64,000 nt of DNA from Paraspadella gotoi (lineage: Eukaryota; Animalia; Chaetognatha), in assembly GCA_051294375.1 (NCBI GenBank), contig CM119270.1, forward strand, positions 9,301,530 to 9,365,529. Direction: 5' to 3'. A program made the translations under genes and the position numbers. Of this stretch, positions 22,159 to 35,642 are shown piece by piece; within the stretch, counting starts at the first letter, position 1; each line of letters begins with the position of its first letter. The notes beneath the pieces are model-generated. The model made no database searches and was not told where the DNA came from. It saw only the letters and a list, made by a program, of their open reading frames with translations.

Positions 22159-23979
22159 ATGGATTTTTTCGCTATCATTCACACGGTCGTCACGGTTTTT
22201 AGCTTTTCTTGTGAGTCGATATCGTCGTCGTCGTCGTCGTCGTCCTCGTCGTCGTCGTCGTTTTTATCGTATTGATAACTTTTGTTTTCTTCAACTTTCG
22301 TCGTTAAAATATTCACTACTTTACTTCAAAATGTGTCAAATTGACCATCACTTTTTTCTCAAATTTTAACTTTTCTCCCAGCCTCTCTATTTTCCTCCTC
22401 CTCCTCTTCCTCCTCCTCCACCAACGCTACCTCCAACGACGCCGCCCAAGTCCCCAACTGGTTGTCGTCGATGGCCGGCGCCGCTTGGAAGGAGCAGATC
22501 CGGGTGGCGTTGTTCCGGCGTCACCGAAACACGAACGACAATGACGCAAGTGATGCCAAAGCCAAAAATGACTCCAAAACCAAAACCGACGTCGAACCCG
22601 ACAGATGGCGCTACGTCATCGAGGATCCTATCGTGGAAATGGAGGACATTTTGGCGTTGCTGACGGAGGAGCAATTGAATGAGCGAATCACGGAGATCTC
22701 ACTCTACTCCTCACTCACGATAAGTGAGAGAAAAATAATTTAGCTTTATTTCAAATTTAAATTGTTATTTTCTATTTTCAAAATCCGAAGTTAGGCTGAA
22801 TGAGTGAATGAATAAATAATTGAATTTAAGAATAGATAATTACTTAAATGAAGGAATGAATAAATATAAATTGATGAATGAATGAATAAATAAATAAATT
22901 AACGTATAAAGGAATGAATAAATGAATGAATGAATGAACGAATTTATAAATAAATGAATTAATGATTAAATTTAGGAATGAATTTAAGAATAAAGAATAT
23001 AAAATAGAAGAATATAACAATGAATGAATGATTGAATCAATAAATGAAGGAAAGAAAAAAGACAAAAAATTCCCACAATTCCATGGTTTCGAGGCAACCT
23101 TGACGGTCTGGTGGGCCACACCATCGCCGCCATCATCAACGCCTTCTCCCATCACGAATTCCTGGTGCTGACGACCTCTTCCGGAGGCGCAGTCTCTATC
23201 GAGAAGTTGGAGGACGGACTCATCCTTCAGTTTAGCGATTCTCCCGAGAAGTTGGTCCAGTGGCAGGTAAAGGAACTGGCATACGCTTTTCTCTTCTCTT
23301 GGCCTTAATTTTGGTGATTTTTAAAATATTTTTATGTCGTTTTTTTGGTCAAGTTTTTGTGCATAATGTTCTTTAAAAAGTGCGTCTTTATTTCTTTTTT
23401 CGTTTTTCTTTTTTCACATTCTGACTTTTCCAAGTCATTTTACGTTTCTTTAGAGTATTTTCCACTTTTTCTTTCTTTTTTTCAATTTCCCCCTTTTCCA
23501 ATTCATTCATCTTTCTTTTGCACCAAATGGTGCCCTTCAAAATTCTACAATATATTCGTAAGTAAAATTTATACAAAGAAAAATTCTACCAATATGTATA
23601 TGGTACACATACAATGATTCTAAGTCCCACACAACTTCTCAATACTCGAATACACTTCCCCCCAACCATTTCCCGTCCCCTCCGTCCCGCGCCACCATCG
23701 CCAAAATGATAGATCGACTTTCGGCGCCGATGCGTCCGTCTAATCGACGCCGGTCAACCGGATTCCGGCCCCAAAGTCACCTCGGTCCGCGCCTTCGTAA
23801 AATTTGTCTTTGCTTCGGGCGAACCGCGCCGCGTCTATCACGTCGTCAACGAAAACTGCACCGACTTCTCGGTCCGGCTGTTGGAAGCCCTGGGGGCGCG
23901 GAGGCTCTACCCAAAATTTGAGGACATGATCGGGGATTTGACTTTCACTTGCGGTGAAGGGGGAAGTTTCGCTGGGTGA
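22159..23979 (+). CDS. Uncharacterised 277-aa protein of the permuted papain-like NlpC/P60 class (PPPDE/DeSI or LRAT-like). Exons 22159-22210, 22382-22723, 23094-23266, 23713-23979
   Basis: Four exons join in frame (phases 1, 1, 0; 834 nt). A His motif HHEFLVLTT...SIEK precedes a Cys motif YHVVNENCTDFSVRLLEAL. Strong C/G third-position bias. Confidence 0.75.
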
Positions 23980-25339
23980 AGGGAAGGAGAAAAGTGGGAA
24001 CCAAGGGGTTAAAATATATCCTGGAGATGTAAACTACTTAGTTTTCGCTTGACATAAGCTATCTTACAAAATTTAAAGAAACAACGTTTGAGAAGTTTGT
24101 ATATTGTTCGGTGAAGAGATCGCCATTTTAACATTTTTATTGCAGCATTCAAACAAAATTTTTAATAATTTGTATTTATTCGATATAAATTAAAATGAAT
24201 CGATACATGGAAGAGAGTTCATGCAAATAAGCACCTTGTAATTTGTACGTAGCTTAAAATTTTCACGTGTTTTTTTTTTATATTATTTTCGATCGGGAGT
24301 AAAAAAATCGAAAACATGGAAACTTAGAAGAATTTCACAAAATTATCGCAGTGTTTGTAATTCATGCAAATAACGAAAGTACTACTAAGTAATTTTTCAA
24401 TTTGTTTCTTTATATTAATCTGTTGTTTGTCTGTTTAGTTTTTTGTTTTGTTTATGTTTCGTGTTGTAACAGATAGATGCTTCGAAAGGTAAAAAAGATC
24501 TAACATACCTTTTTGTTAAGTTAATATGAAGGCTCGTGTGAATATACATAATCGCAAGGTATCACTTAAACCATGAAATATTGGTTATTTACTATTATCG
24601 TAAAGAATTAAATTATCTTGGCCTAATATGACCAATGAGTTTTATCACCAATCCGGACGTTTAAAGATTGTTAGTACTCAAGTTCTTAGCAAGCTTGATT
24701 GGAGATGTTTTACGATTCATCCCAATAAATATAATTACCCGGATGAACCTTTTTAATGTGGATCTTTAAAGAAGTCATTAAATTCTTTAGATAAAACAAA
24801 GCAAGAGGATGTTGTTCCCTCCTACAAACGTTTATTGGGTAATTAGCAAAATCACATAATACTTAAAATATGCTTTTTAAAAGTTGTATGTATGACTTTA
24901 ATTAAATTATTCTTTAGATTAATATTAGGCCAAATGCTTTTTATTTCATCTCAATATTACTAGAGCTAAATAAATTATAGCAGTGCTTGACTAAAATTTT
25001 TGAATGGTCTTAACATGGATAACAAATTAACAAAATAAGGAAAACGAAAAATAGCAAGGCTAATCGTTTTTAATGTGAATAATCGAATTCACACTTTGAT
25101 AACGTGTTTCAAATGTTTCAAAAACAAGAAACCGAACATTTGAATGAGATTAATAAGGTCGTAATACTTATAATATTCATATAACAAAGTACGTAGTATT
25201 GGCCAATGTGTGGTTCATTAAAAAGAATTTATTCAAAAAGTTTTCGAAAAAAAATATACTAAACGTGAGCCTAAGCTCATTTTCAAAGACGAAATAAAAT
25301 ATTTTCGAAGTTTTTGTAGTCCATAAAATGAGGAATGAA

Positions 25340-25550
25340 CTAGTTTATGGCTCTGTGGAGCCTTTCAGCACAGTTCATGAGTTCTGCAAATGCCGACAAT
25401 GTGGGGATAATTGTATTCTTTTTTCAAAGTTTGAGTTTAATTTTCAGAGGTCAGGGTAGTTAGTTAAAAGTTGTCACACTTATATTATAGTTTTTTTATG
25501 GATACATTCTTTGACAGAGGACACAATGTGTTTTCAGTCAATGGTGGTGA
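25340..25550 (+). pseudogene. Possible highly decayed LINE (CR1/L2-type) reverse transcriptase fragment
   Basis: Frameshifted text resembling WIHS(F)LTxRTQCVxVNG near 25500, with a KAFDTVxH-like remnant upstream. Confidence 0.3.
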
Positions 25551-26772
25551 TGAGACAATTTAGTACTAGGAATTTTGAATAAATTTATTATATTTTTTAA
25601 ATCAAATCTTAAAAAAAAAGAAAAAGGAGAACAACACTTCCTAAAATACCATACTTATTCCGCATTTTACTTAATTAATAAATTATGTTTTTCCCTAAAA
25701 ACAAAAAGTTCTATGTGATGAAATATTAATACAATATTCCTCAGATAAAAAGCCAATTGACGGTTAGTACGCAGTTTTAATTAACTTTTATCACGCGTGT
25801 TTTCATTTTGTAACAATCAACCAAGGCACCGCCTAAACAAAATGTCTCAAAAGAGCAAACATAGAAAGCATAATTGCAGGACTTAAATTTTGCGATGGTT
25901 TGTATTTTTGTGAAGATGACAGATTTATTGAATTCGCGCTACGAATTTTTTACGATCAATTTCATTCTCATAATCGTGTTCTGTTTTTTTTTTTTTGTCG
26001 TTGAGTTTGTGAAGTATTTTAATTGTAATTTGTTTCATAGGGTGGCGTATATGTTTGATGAGAGGACACCGACCAAAAAAAAGAAAGGAAATTTATTAAC
26101 TTTTTCGTAGAAAAATGTTAGCGAAGAGGGAAACAATGTTGTAGTTGTGTGTGAAGGGGAAAAAGGTACGAGTCGCACGCAAACGCACACACACGCTCAG
26201 CTGCAAGAGCGAGAAAAGAAGGTAGTGTGTGTGTGTGTGTGTGTGTGTCAGTTGTTTTTGTTATTTTTTTTGTTTGTTTTTGTTCAAGAGAAAAGCTAAA
26301 GAAACACATCTAATAACAATAAGATAAAAAAGAGACTCTTTGAGCCGATCGAGAGAGACACGAAAAAAAAGTATTGCCAAGCAATAACATCTTTAACAAA
26401 AAGGAAAAAAAGAATATTTCGATTCTTAAATTGATGTGCGTGGGGGATTATTGGTTATTATTTCGTTTATTACTGTAGGGAATCGACTTGTCCTTACATT
26501 CCGACTCAACATAGACGTCCCCCAATATAGGGATTCGGAACATCGCGCCTGAAAAGCCCTTTTTTCTCTTCGGCGGTGACCTACCCGATTTTCTCTCGTT
26601 TGCCTCGGGGTGATGATGAGGGAGGAAGTTCGTGAGGGTCAGAGGGAAGGGTCAAGGCAAGGAGGAGGGTCAGAGCGATAGGCGGGTCAAATGTCGGATC
26701 CCATGTCGCGACGTTGGAGTCGAAAACGAACGGGGAGCCAAAGAAGGAAAGGAGAGTTGTGCTTTTACTGGG

Positions 26773-29700
26773 CTAGACGTTCGAAAAAGTCCCGTGTTTC
26801 TCCTTGCAAATGTTCTTGTGTCCCGCCACCCAGTGATTCTTCTGACATTCACGGGAGCAGTACCAGGCGTTCTTGCACCTAAAGAAAACGGGAAATAAAA
26901 AAAATTGTTGTTTTATTTCGTCAAATGAGTTGAAAAAATAATTTTTTTATTGTACCTCGAACACGCGCGGTACGTGGCGCCGATGGGCGTGGCCTTCCGG
27001 TCGCAGTGCGTGCATTTGGTGGCGTCTTCTCCCTCGAACGTGCACCGCGCGCAGCAGCATTCGAAGCCCCACCCGCGGAGGAGCGCCTGGCGCCGCTTCC
27101 GCTTGGGTTGATTTACGTCTAGGAGGGTGAGGTATGGAGTACAGAGTTACAAACGGACAAAGGAGAGATAGATTAAATAGTAGATTGACAATCAACATAG
27201 TAAAAGAAATGTAAATGTTCTGAAAAAGAATTTTTAAAAAAATTACAAGAGAAAACAAAGGTTGTTTTTGTTTACAAACAACGCGTTTTTTTCGGAGTCT
27301 TCTTCAACACAAAGAGACGCGAAAATAGAGTCGAATCATGTCCGTTCACTAATAAAACGTGCTTGTGTTTTTTTTGTGTTTGTAAACAAAAACGAACTAT
27401 ATTTTCTCTTCTAATTCCAAACGCAGGTAATTAAAATTTTACATAATTAAACATATTTAAACGGGGTTCCTTCATTACTGTTTTCTTGCAGTTTTCTTCC
27501 AGTAAGCTGTTAACGGTGTCACTGCTCTTACTGAACACTTTTTTTTCTTTCAAAAAGACGCCATTCCAATGTCACACATTTTCACTCTCCTACCGCCCTT
27601 CCTTTTTCTTACCGATGTATCTGATCGTGAGCTGCTCGCCCTTCTTGATCGGGCGCAGCGCCTGTACGATAATCCCGACCCGATCGTCGACGAAATCCGC
27701 GACGACGCGGCAGTTGTATCCGCAGTCGTGGTTGAGGCAGGCGTGCAGCGCGAACATTCCGCTGAAGATTGGGTCTTTGTCCGGCGCTGATATCAGCCCT
27801 TCCTGCTTCTTCTCGTCGAAGTCCTGGGGAGGGGTGAGGCGCGGGAGTAAGGTGGTTTCGAGGTAAGGGTCGTGAAGGGTCATTCTGGATTGTCTGGCCC
27901 TATTTAAATTTTTAGTTGCGCCGCGAGTACTCGCGGAGCAACTCTATAAGTCACTTTTCGGTCGGTGGTCCGTCAGTCGGTGTGTCCATCCGTCTGGTCC
28001 TTTGGTATGCCTATAGATTGTTGCTCATTTATTGAAAATCAAATTTAAGCGATTACTGGCGCCGCTTTTTGTTTTAATTATAAGTAAAAAGAAAAGCAAT
28101 GCGGCGTAAACACTTGGAATAACCGTTCCTTGTTTTTTTAAAGATTAGTTTATCCGTTATTTGAAAATAATTTTAAGAACCTCAATAAGCAGTAATAGTA
28201 TTTTTGAACTAAATCGTTATGTTTCTCTAAAGGGTTTNNNNNNNNNNTATGTTTCTTTCCGTTTCCACTTCACTTTCTCTAAAGGGTTTTTCATTTTTCC
28301 TGACATTTTCCTAATTTCTACGTTCAAATCTTCTTATAATTTTTAATTTGACTTTCTCTCGTCACCTCTGAGTCTCTGAGCGAATCTTTGAACAGTTTGA
28401 GGTTGTGGGTCGGGGGTCTGAACTCCTGGCAATTGATGGCCGTTTGAGAATATCGCCATTCGAATTCCTCGTCCGAGATGCCAAACTTTAAAAAATTAGA
28501 TAATATTAGATTTAATAATAAAAACTAAATATCTGAAAAATTAAAATAGTGAAACAAGGCTTTTGCAATTTTCATTTTTTCGAACAAAAGAAATTAAATT
28601 TGTAAAAATACTAACAAGATGAGGTGACTTACACACTTACACATTAGGTAAATAAATAATAATTAGTCTCGTCCCATTTTTCTAATCACCTTAATCGGTA
28701 AGCTTTTATCCGTGAAGACCTTTTGAATCATGTTGACGAGAATGCGTGAGTTTTGCGCGTATCCACTCACGTCACACCCAATGAAACCTCTGTCAATGTC
28801 AGAGATCACGTGACTTAGCGATCGATACCATCTTATCAACTTATTCTCAGTCACTTTTGTTTCCCCACCTGAAAGTCTCCATGGCTTCGGTGATCTGCTC
28901 CACCGACGGCTTCTTTCCCTCGCCCGCCATCTTCAAGGCTTTGGACATGACGATGGCCCAAAGTCTCGTGAGGATCATGGGCGTGGCGGTGTTGGAGGGC
29001 GGGATCTCTTCCCTACTCCTGGATCGCATCGCTCGGCAGTAGACGTGCACCTCTTCGGCGCTGCGGTTGGTGCCCGGGCATGTGATCTTGTGATAAGTGT
29101 CCCAGGAGAGATCCCGGCACCGTTCTGAGCAGTATTCCTCGAATTTGCAACCGTTGCAAGGCACTGTTTCCGTCCGAGTCGTCGTCGTCGTCGAGGCAAC
29201 GGTGCAGTTTGGAGGCGACGACCGAATTGTCGAATTCCAAACATCCATTTCATTTTTTTTGTTCGTGCGATTATCATGATTGTTTTTCGTTTTTTGGATA
29301 ATTAGTCGGAGCGCGTGGAAATACGAAAATGAAATATAAAGAATAAACATCGAGGTTACGCAACATCAACGTTACATAAAAACACACGCAATAGACGAAA
29401 AGCAGTTAAATGAAACTTTAAAACTTTGAAATCAATATTTAGAAAATTAAACTTTGTAAATTCTCTTATTAGTGAACACTAATCTGTATTCCATTTTTTC
29501 CTCTTATGTCACTACTCACTAGTATCTCATTCAATGTATTTAGTACGTAATACTAACCCTACAGCATCATCATCATCAGCAATCTCAAGCAGTACATTCG
29601 CCGACAGTACCTACCTATGCGGAAGGCCGGCCAATGTCTCTTTAGAACGTCGTGGAGATCGTCCGGCCAAGCGTCGCAGTCGGGGAAGTGGAAGACGGGT

Positions 29701-30094
29701 AGGCTGAGGTCGGCGCAGCAGAAGGAGCAGGCGGGTACGTAACGGTCCTAGAGACGGGTGGGGTCGGGTGAGGCGGGTGGGGCGGGGTGAGGTGTGATGT
29801 GAATTGAGGCCGTGAACGCTGTGAAAAGAAGAACGAGACCCACGCTTCGTACCTTGTCGATCTTCTGACCCCAGAGAACTGGGATGTCAACGAGCGTGAC
29901 TTCTTTGGCCGCGATGTCCCGTTTGGCGTAGATGCCTGAGGAGGGGGAATTTTGAAATCATAATTTAATATTAAAAAAAAAGTTTTTTAACGATTCTGTC
30001 ATCAGTTTTCTCAGTCGTCCGTTCGTCTATTTTCATGCTTGTCCGCCAGTCTGCCTCTTTGTCTGCCTGTCAGGCCGTCTCTCTTTCTTTTTCT

Positions 30095-30174
<80 letters not shown>

Positions 30175-31213
30175 CCCACTTCACCTTTGAAACTCTCCTT
30201 CGTAAATCCGACTTCAATAGGAAATCTCTCTGCGAGGGCGCTGTAGTTCCGCTGCACGCGAATCTGCTGGAAGAGGATCATGGCTTCGTCGTCCTCACTG
30301 TTGGTGAACTTGGTGGCGTTGCGAGCCCAAAGCTCGGAGGTGACCAGACATCCCACGGCTTGGAGAATACGAGCTGAATGAAGAAATGTATGACTGTATG
30401 AATGAATGAANNNNNNNNNNTCTTTGTACGGCGGGATATTTTATGCAATTCAGTAACAAAGAGTGATTGTGAAATCCGAAATTTTCCGTGAGCCATTCGA
30501 GAAATGTTTTCGATAAATACAAGATTCTTCAGAGGAATTAATACACAAAGAATAGTTTTGTTTTAACGTCGCCGCAAGCGTAAACAATCGCTTCATAATT
30601 GGAAGGCGTATGAAACAAGCTTTGACTTATTTCTCGGAGAACGAGCAAAGATTTATGGTTCGGACAACAAGCAATGACTTGTCGCTCGCCAGGAGTGACT
30701 TTTCTTCTCACCCCCGAGTTTCCAAATCTCCGGACTCCTTTTAGACTCGTGCAAACTGGCGATCATCTTGAAAGCCTCCTGTAACAATTCAATAAATAAC
30801 TTCAAATACTTTCGTCACATTTTAATTTTGTTATGAATATTGCGAGTTGGGAACCTGGTATCCTCGCATGTCGGAGATGATGAGAGCCGCCATGTAGCGG
30901 TAGACCGGGTTGGGCCAGTCCAGTTCTACCGCGCAGGCGATGGCCGCCGCCGCATCCTCCAGCCGTTCTTGTTTGTAGGCGCGTTCTGTATAAAGTTTAG
31001 GTTAAGATTGAGAAGGGTGAAATAAAGCAATGACCGTAATTTTTTTTGGCATGCCGAAACTAACCTGCGATGATCATGTGAGCTCTGGCGGCTTGAACAT
31101 CCTGCTTGACGAGACCAGGTTGCCCGTTGACGCCGATGTCCGGTGTCGCCGATCCGCTCGAAGGGTGTACAGGGAGATCCAGGAACCCTGGCGGTAAAAT
31201 ACCGGGTGAATAA
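26773..31213 (-). CDS. SMYD-like lysine methyltransferase: TPR-like N-terminus, SET split by MYND, post-SET, extra C-terminal MYND. Exons 31213-31065, 30985-30855, 30778-30712, 30373-30185, 29935-29853, 29747-29615, 29163-28869, 28789-28690, 28485-28366, 27823-27613, 27118-26956, 26878-26773; 5' end unresolved
   Basis: KGIYAKRDIAAKE (SET-N); CSFC...CNGC..EEYCSERC...YHKITC (MYND); SGMFALHACLNHDC and IKKGEQLTIRY (SET-C); FECCCARC (post-SET); CTHC...CSRCKNAWYCSRECQKNHWVAGHKNIC (second MYND). All 11 GT-AG junctions are phase-consistent. Confidence 0.9.
27912..28010 (-). mobile_element. Helentron/DINE-1-like 3' end: GACG/GACA-type microsatellite plus terminal hairpin
   Basis: Palindrome AGTTGCGCCGCGAGTACTCGCGGAGCAACT at 27914-27943 next to a T-run. 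An independent copy lies at 35412-35441. Confidence 0.6.
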
Positions 31214-34200
31214 CTAAAAGCGGATCTCAGAAAAACTGATAAAATTAAACTAGGGAGAAAACACGAACGAGTAATACAGAAAAACAGTAAAACAGTCAAA
31301 CAGTAAAACACGAATAGTAAGACACGAGAAAACACGAAAAGTAAAACATTATTTAGATTCTTGTGTCGTGTTTGTTGTTGCAGTAGTTGTGGTTTTTGTT
31401 GTTCGTTTTAGGGATGCGAGCTTGATAAGCCGGACCAATCACCGGAACTAGCCCCCCCCCCGTGCCAAAACACCTTTGTTGCGGAGGTGTTGCTTCTCTT
31501 CTTCCAATCTTCGGTCGTCGTTGGGATAAGGAGCTTGACTCAGGTATTTGAGCGAATTCTCCATCGTCACCTCCGCTTCCGGCGGCGTCGTCGGCGTCGC
31601 CGGAACCGACTTCATTCTCGGCGCCGGATTTTTTTGACGGGACGAGGGGTGGAGGAGGAGGGGTTCTGGAAGAGGGGGTGGTGGTTTTTGAGGGGTTTGG
31701 GACGGGGGGCGGGGGTGGAGGGACGAAAAAATTTCGGTCGATGAGTTGACGGCGAAAAGACAACACTGGTGGGTGGGAGACTTTGTTTAAGATTTTGTGA
31801 AGAGTAGGAACGGATGACTAGAAAAAAAAATAAATTTGAGAACCGTGAGCTGGCAATGGAATTCGATGAAATTTTGAGATAAAAAGAAAGAAAACAGGGA
31901 AAAAGGGAAAGAAAAAAAGGAAAGAAAACTTTACAAGGGGGAACTAAAGGAAAATGGAGGGACAGTGAAAATGTGAGAGAAGGAGACCGCGAATAAAACC
32001 GAGGAAATTAAAAAGGTCAGCCAGAAAGACCAGAATGTTATAAAATAACGTGGAGGGATGAAACGGACTCAAATATTAAGTGCGGCTTATTCGCTTTTAT
32101 AACCTCAAATATAAAATTCAGGCCAAAATTTGAGAAGAAATTCAAAAATTTTTAAAAGAAAAAAAATTCTTTGAAATTCGGAGCGGATCTTAAAAGAAAA
32201 TAAAGAGAAAATGAATGGAAGGAAAATTATCGAAAACTGAGGTAAGAAAAAGAGAAAATATGGCGTCTGGGGAGAAGGAGAAAAAGAGAGAAGGGAACAT
32301 CAAGAATGGAACCAGAGAAAAACCAGAGAGAATGGAACAAAGAAGTTGAAGAACTGGAAGGATTTTTGGACGGATTTTCATTGGCTGCAGTCAAAGGAAC
32401 CACGAAAGGAAAAAGTCTAAGAGTGACAGTGGTGAGCGGTTAGTGATGAGTGGCAGTTGCAGTGGCACCCACGATAGATTCATAGAGGACGACGACACAA
32501 AGAAGCAGGAAAGCACAGTCGGCTTTACCAACGATCAGAGACCAAAGTGTGATCGGGAAGTTCAATGAAAACATGGACTTCGTTTGAACAAAAAGAATAA
32601 AAAAGAACAAACTTCATGTAATAAAAAGAAGTAACGGTAAATGCTGCAAATAAAGAAATGTGAAATGCTATGGTAACGACAGAAAGAAGTTGGTACATAT
32701 TGCGACTGGGGGTGATTAACTTGAACATAACTGAACAAGAAGGCGTGAGATGGAGCGAGATGCAGTGAGATAGAGTTAGATGAAGTGAGATGGAGTGAGA
32801 TGAAATACCGAAGAGGAGAAAGAATTAAGCTCGAAGAAAATAAAAAAGGAATAATGATGGCGAGACAGAGGATGAGGAAAAGAAGGAAGAGTATGAGTAA
32901 GAGAAGGAAGAGGATGAGGAAGAGAAGGAAGAGGGGGAGCAAAAGGAGGAAACGAAGGAGGCGGAGAAAAAAGTCAATTTCTCTGGGAAAAAAACTCAAC
33001 CTTCCTTTTCCTCGGTTCTTCGTTTGAATCACAATCACCCTCAGAGGTGAGTTCATCACGCCCTCTTCCGTGATGAGAAAACAACATTTGATGGAGTTTT
33101 ACTGGTTTGCCTCATGACTGGGATAATTCGTTTTCCGCATTATCTCTTACGATAAACATTACAATTTTATTCCTGAATTTTTAAATTGCAATTTACCTTT
33201 AATTTACGAGTGACGGTAAAGTCGCTTGAGATTTTCACAATGTTAATAATTCGGCTTCATTTTAATTTTTTGGGACTTTTTTTTTTCTTTCGTTTGTGTC
33301 TTGAGCTCGTCAATCAGGACTTTTTTCGTCAAGCCTTTTCGTTTTCGCTGGAAAGAAAACAATGTGAGCTTTGCGAATAAAACAATTCCGTGGGTAAAGT
33401 AACAACAGCATAGTTTTAAATATTTTAATGAAATTGATTCATGGCAAACTACAAATACAAATAAAGTATGCCTGGCTTCGATTTTAAAAAATACTTCGTC
33501 TTCTTTCTATATCACAAGCTCATAAAATCTAATGATAAACGATTGTTTTTAACGACATTGAGAATTTTCTCGTTTAGCATAAAGAAAAATAAAATTTCTC
33601 ACGGAGAATCATAAACGGACTCACCAGAATCGTCAATTCATGTTCACGCCGTCTTAGTTTTATGTTTATATCCTGTTTTTATTATTGCGTTTTCTCCCCG
33701 TTTTATCGAATTCCTGATTTTTTAGCGGACAATTTTTTTTTTCAGTCTGTGTCCGAGGATAGAAAGAGAGAGGGGGAAAGAAGGGAGAGAGAGAAATAGG
33801 GCAAAAAAAGAGATAGACGAACGAGAGAAAAAGACGGGGAGAGAAACACACACACAAAGAGAGAGTGAAGGGCGTTGTGCTGATCACACAGTTTTCTCTT
33901 GATCGTGAATGTGGCGGGATTGGCGAGATAGAGAGAGAGTTAATGGAGTTTTATGAAGTTTGGCCTTGAAAAAGAGAAGAGAAACAATGATGTCGCACGA
34001 ATACCGATGGAACTGGGAAGCTAGCGAGAGAGAGAGAGAAAGAGACAGAGACAGAGACAGATGAAGAAAGAGAGGAAGACGAATCGAAAGTCGAATGAAT
34101 GAGGGACGTTGAGTTAGAGATAGAGATGGCGCGTGCGCGGATGAGCAAAGACCAGTTCGTTTTTAATTTCACTTTTTTCTTATTTGTTTTCACTAATTTT

Positions 34201-34568
34201 CACTAAAAGTTTTTTTTTTCTTTAGCCCCGAATTTCGAGTCGCATCGTCGAGTTGAGAGGACAGATGTACGCATGACAGGAACTCTGTCGACATGACAGA
34301 CGGTCAGACGTCACGGAAGGAAAAAGGAACCGATTCCATCCTTGATCCTCGGAGAGATAGAGAGAGGGAGAGAGACGTCATCTTCTCTTAACGCAATCGT
34401 CTCTCTGGACGTTATCCCGACGTCGTCCTCTGTCGAGGAGCGATTGAGTCGAGACGTTTCATGACGATGGATATTTTTGTTCCTTTGTTTGTTTATTTGT
34501 TAGTTTACATTCGAATCGTTTGCGTTTTCGTGCGTCGGAGGAGAGTTGCCTTCGTTCCGAGAAATGAG

Positions 34569-34624
34569 ATGAGTTTCGGCAGACGGGATGAATGGAAGAG
34601 ATGGAAACGCCTGGAAGCGAAAAG
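34569..34624 (+). other. Candidate first exon of an unidentified plus-strand gene
   Basis: Consensus donor AAG|GTAAGT at 34624/34625, downstream of a CpG-rich UTR-like region and several ATGs. No downstream exon was recognised. Confidence 0.3.
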
Positions 34625-35344
34625 GTAAGTCAGTTAAAAAGAAAAAAGTCACAACAACATTCAACAAGATTCAAGGAACAAACCATTTGGGAATCAATTA
34701 GGGGAACGATCGATAAAAATTGACAAAAACACGAACTGACAAGTTTAAAGTGTTGCGCCTCAGTGACTAAAATGTCTTAGTTGTTAGTACTATATGAATT
34801 ATATCACAATGAAATTATTGTTAGATAATCCTTTTTTTCCGTGATTACACGTGTCCACGAGAACAATTTTTTTTCTTCTGATTGTTTAGGGAACAGTAAA
34901 AAATACAATATGTTTATAGTAAATTTATAATAAAATAGTAAATTTTCAAATTAATTTCTTCACTTTCTTGTAGTAGAAACTAGTATCTGATAAAATGCTT
35001 TAACATAAAAATATCATAAAACATACTTTACAAAAGTTTTTTAGTTTTTTCCGGCAAATGCAAAATCGGTCTCAAAATTGAAAAGAATATTATTCTGAAA
35101 TTTTATGATTTTATAAGGATATTACTATAAAGAAAATTCAATTTATGATACAGTTATGAGATTTTTTAAAAGAGCTCAATTATTTTTTATTCCATATACA
35201 AAGTCAGGAAAAATACATTGTTCAATCGCTCAATCTTTTCACACTCCACTCTACTGTACAAGTATATGCACATTACGTATCTCAGAGTATCTCATATTAA
35301 TACTAAGTATTAATTAAAAGCTATAAGCAATTAAGTTATAAGTG

Positions 35345-35446
35345 GGACAGTCCGATAAAAGACAAACAGGCAAATAGACAGAAACAGACAGATAGAGTGA
35401 GTTACTTAAAGAGTTGCTCCGCGAGTACTCGCGTCGCAACTTAAAA
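35345..35446 (+). mobile_element. Helentron/DINE-1-like 3' end, second copy
   Basis: (GACA)-like repeats, then AGTTGCTCCGCGAGTACTCGCGTCGCAACT and an A-run. Confidence 0.6.
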
Positions 35447-35535
35447 CAGGGAAAATGTGCTGATTGGCCCTAGTTGTCGTTGTCGCAACAATTTGTGAAT
35501 CCCGAGAGCCAATTGGTAAAAAAAAAAGAAAAAAC

Positions 35536-35642
<107 letters not shown>

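Noticed and set aside
27824-27899. Apparent frameshift in the SMYD SET exon
   Set aside because: The upstream AGs are out of phase, but the acceptor CCCTCCCCAG at 27824-27825 gives an in-frame exon start at 27823. The ORF-track N-terminus is intronic.
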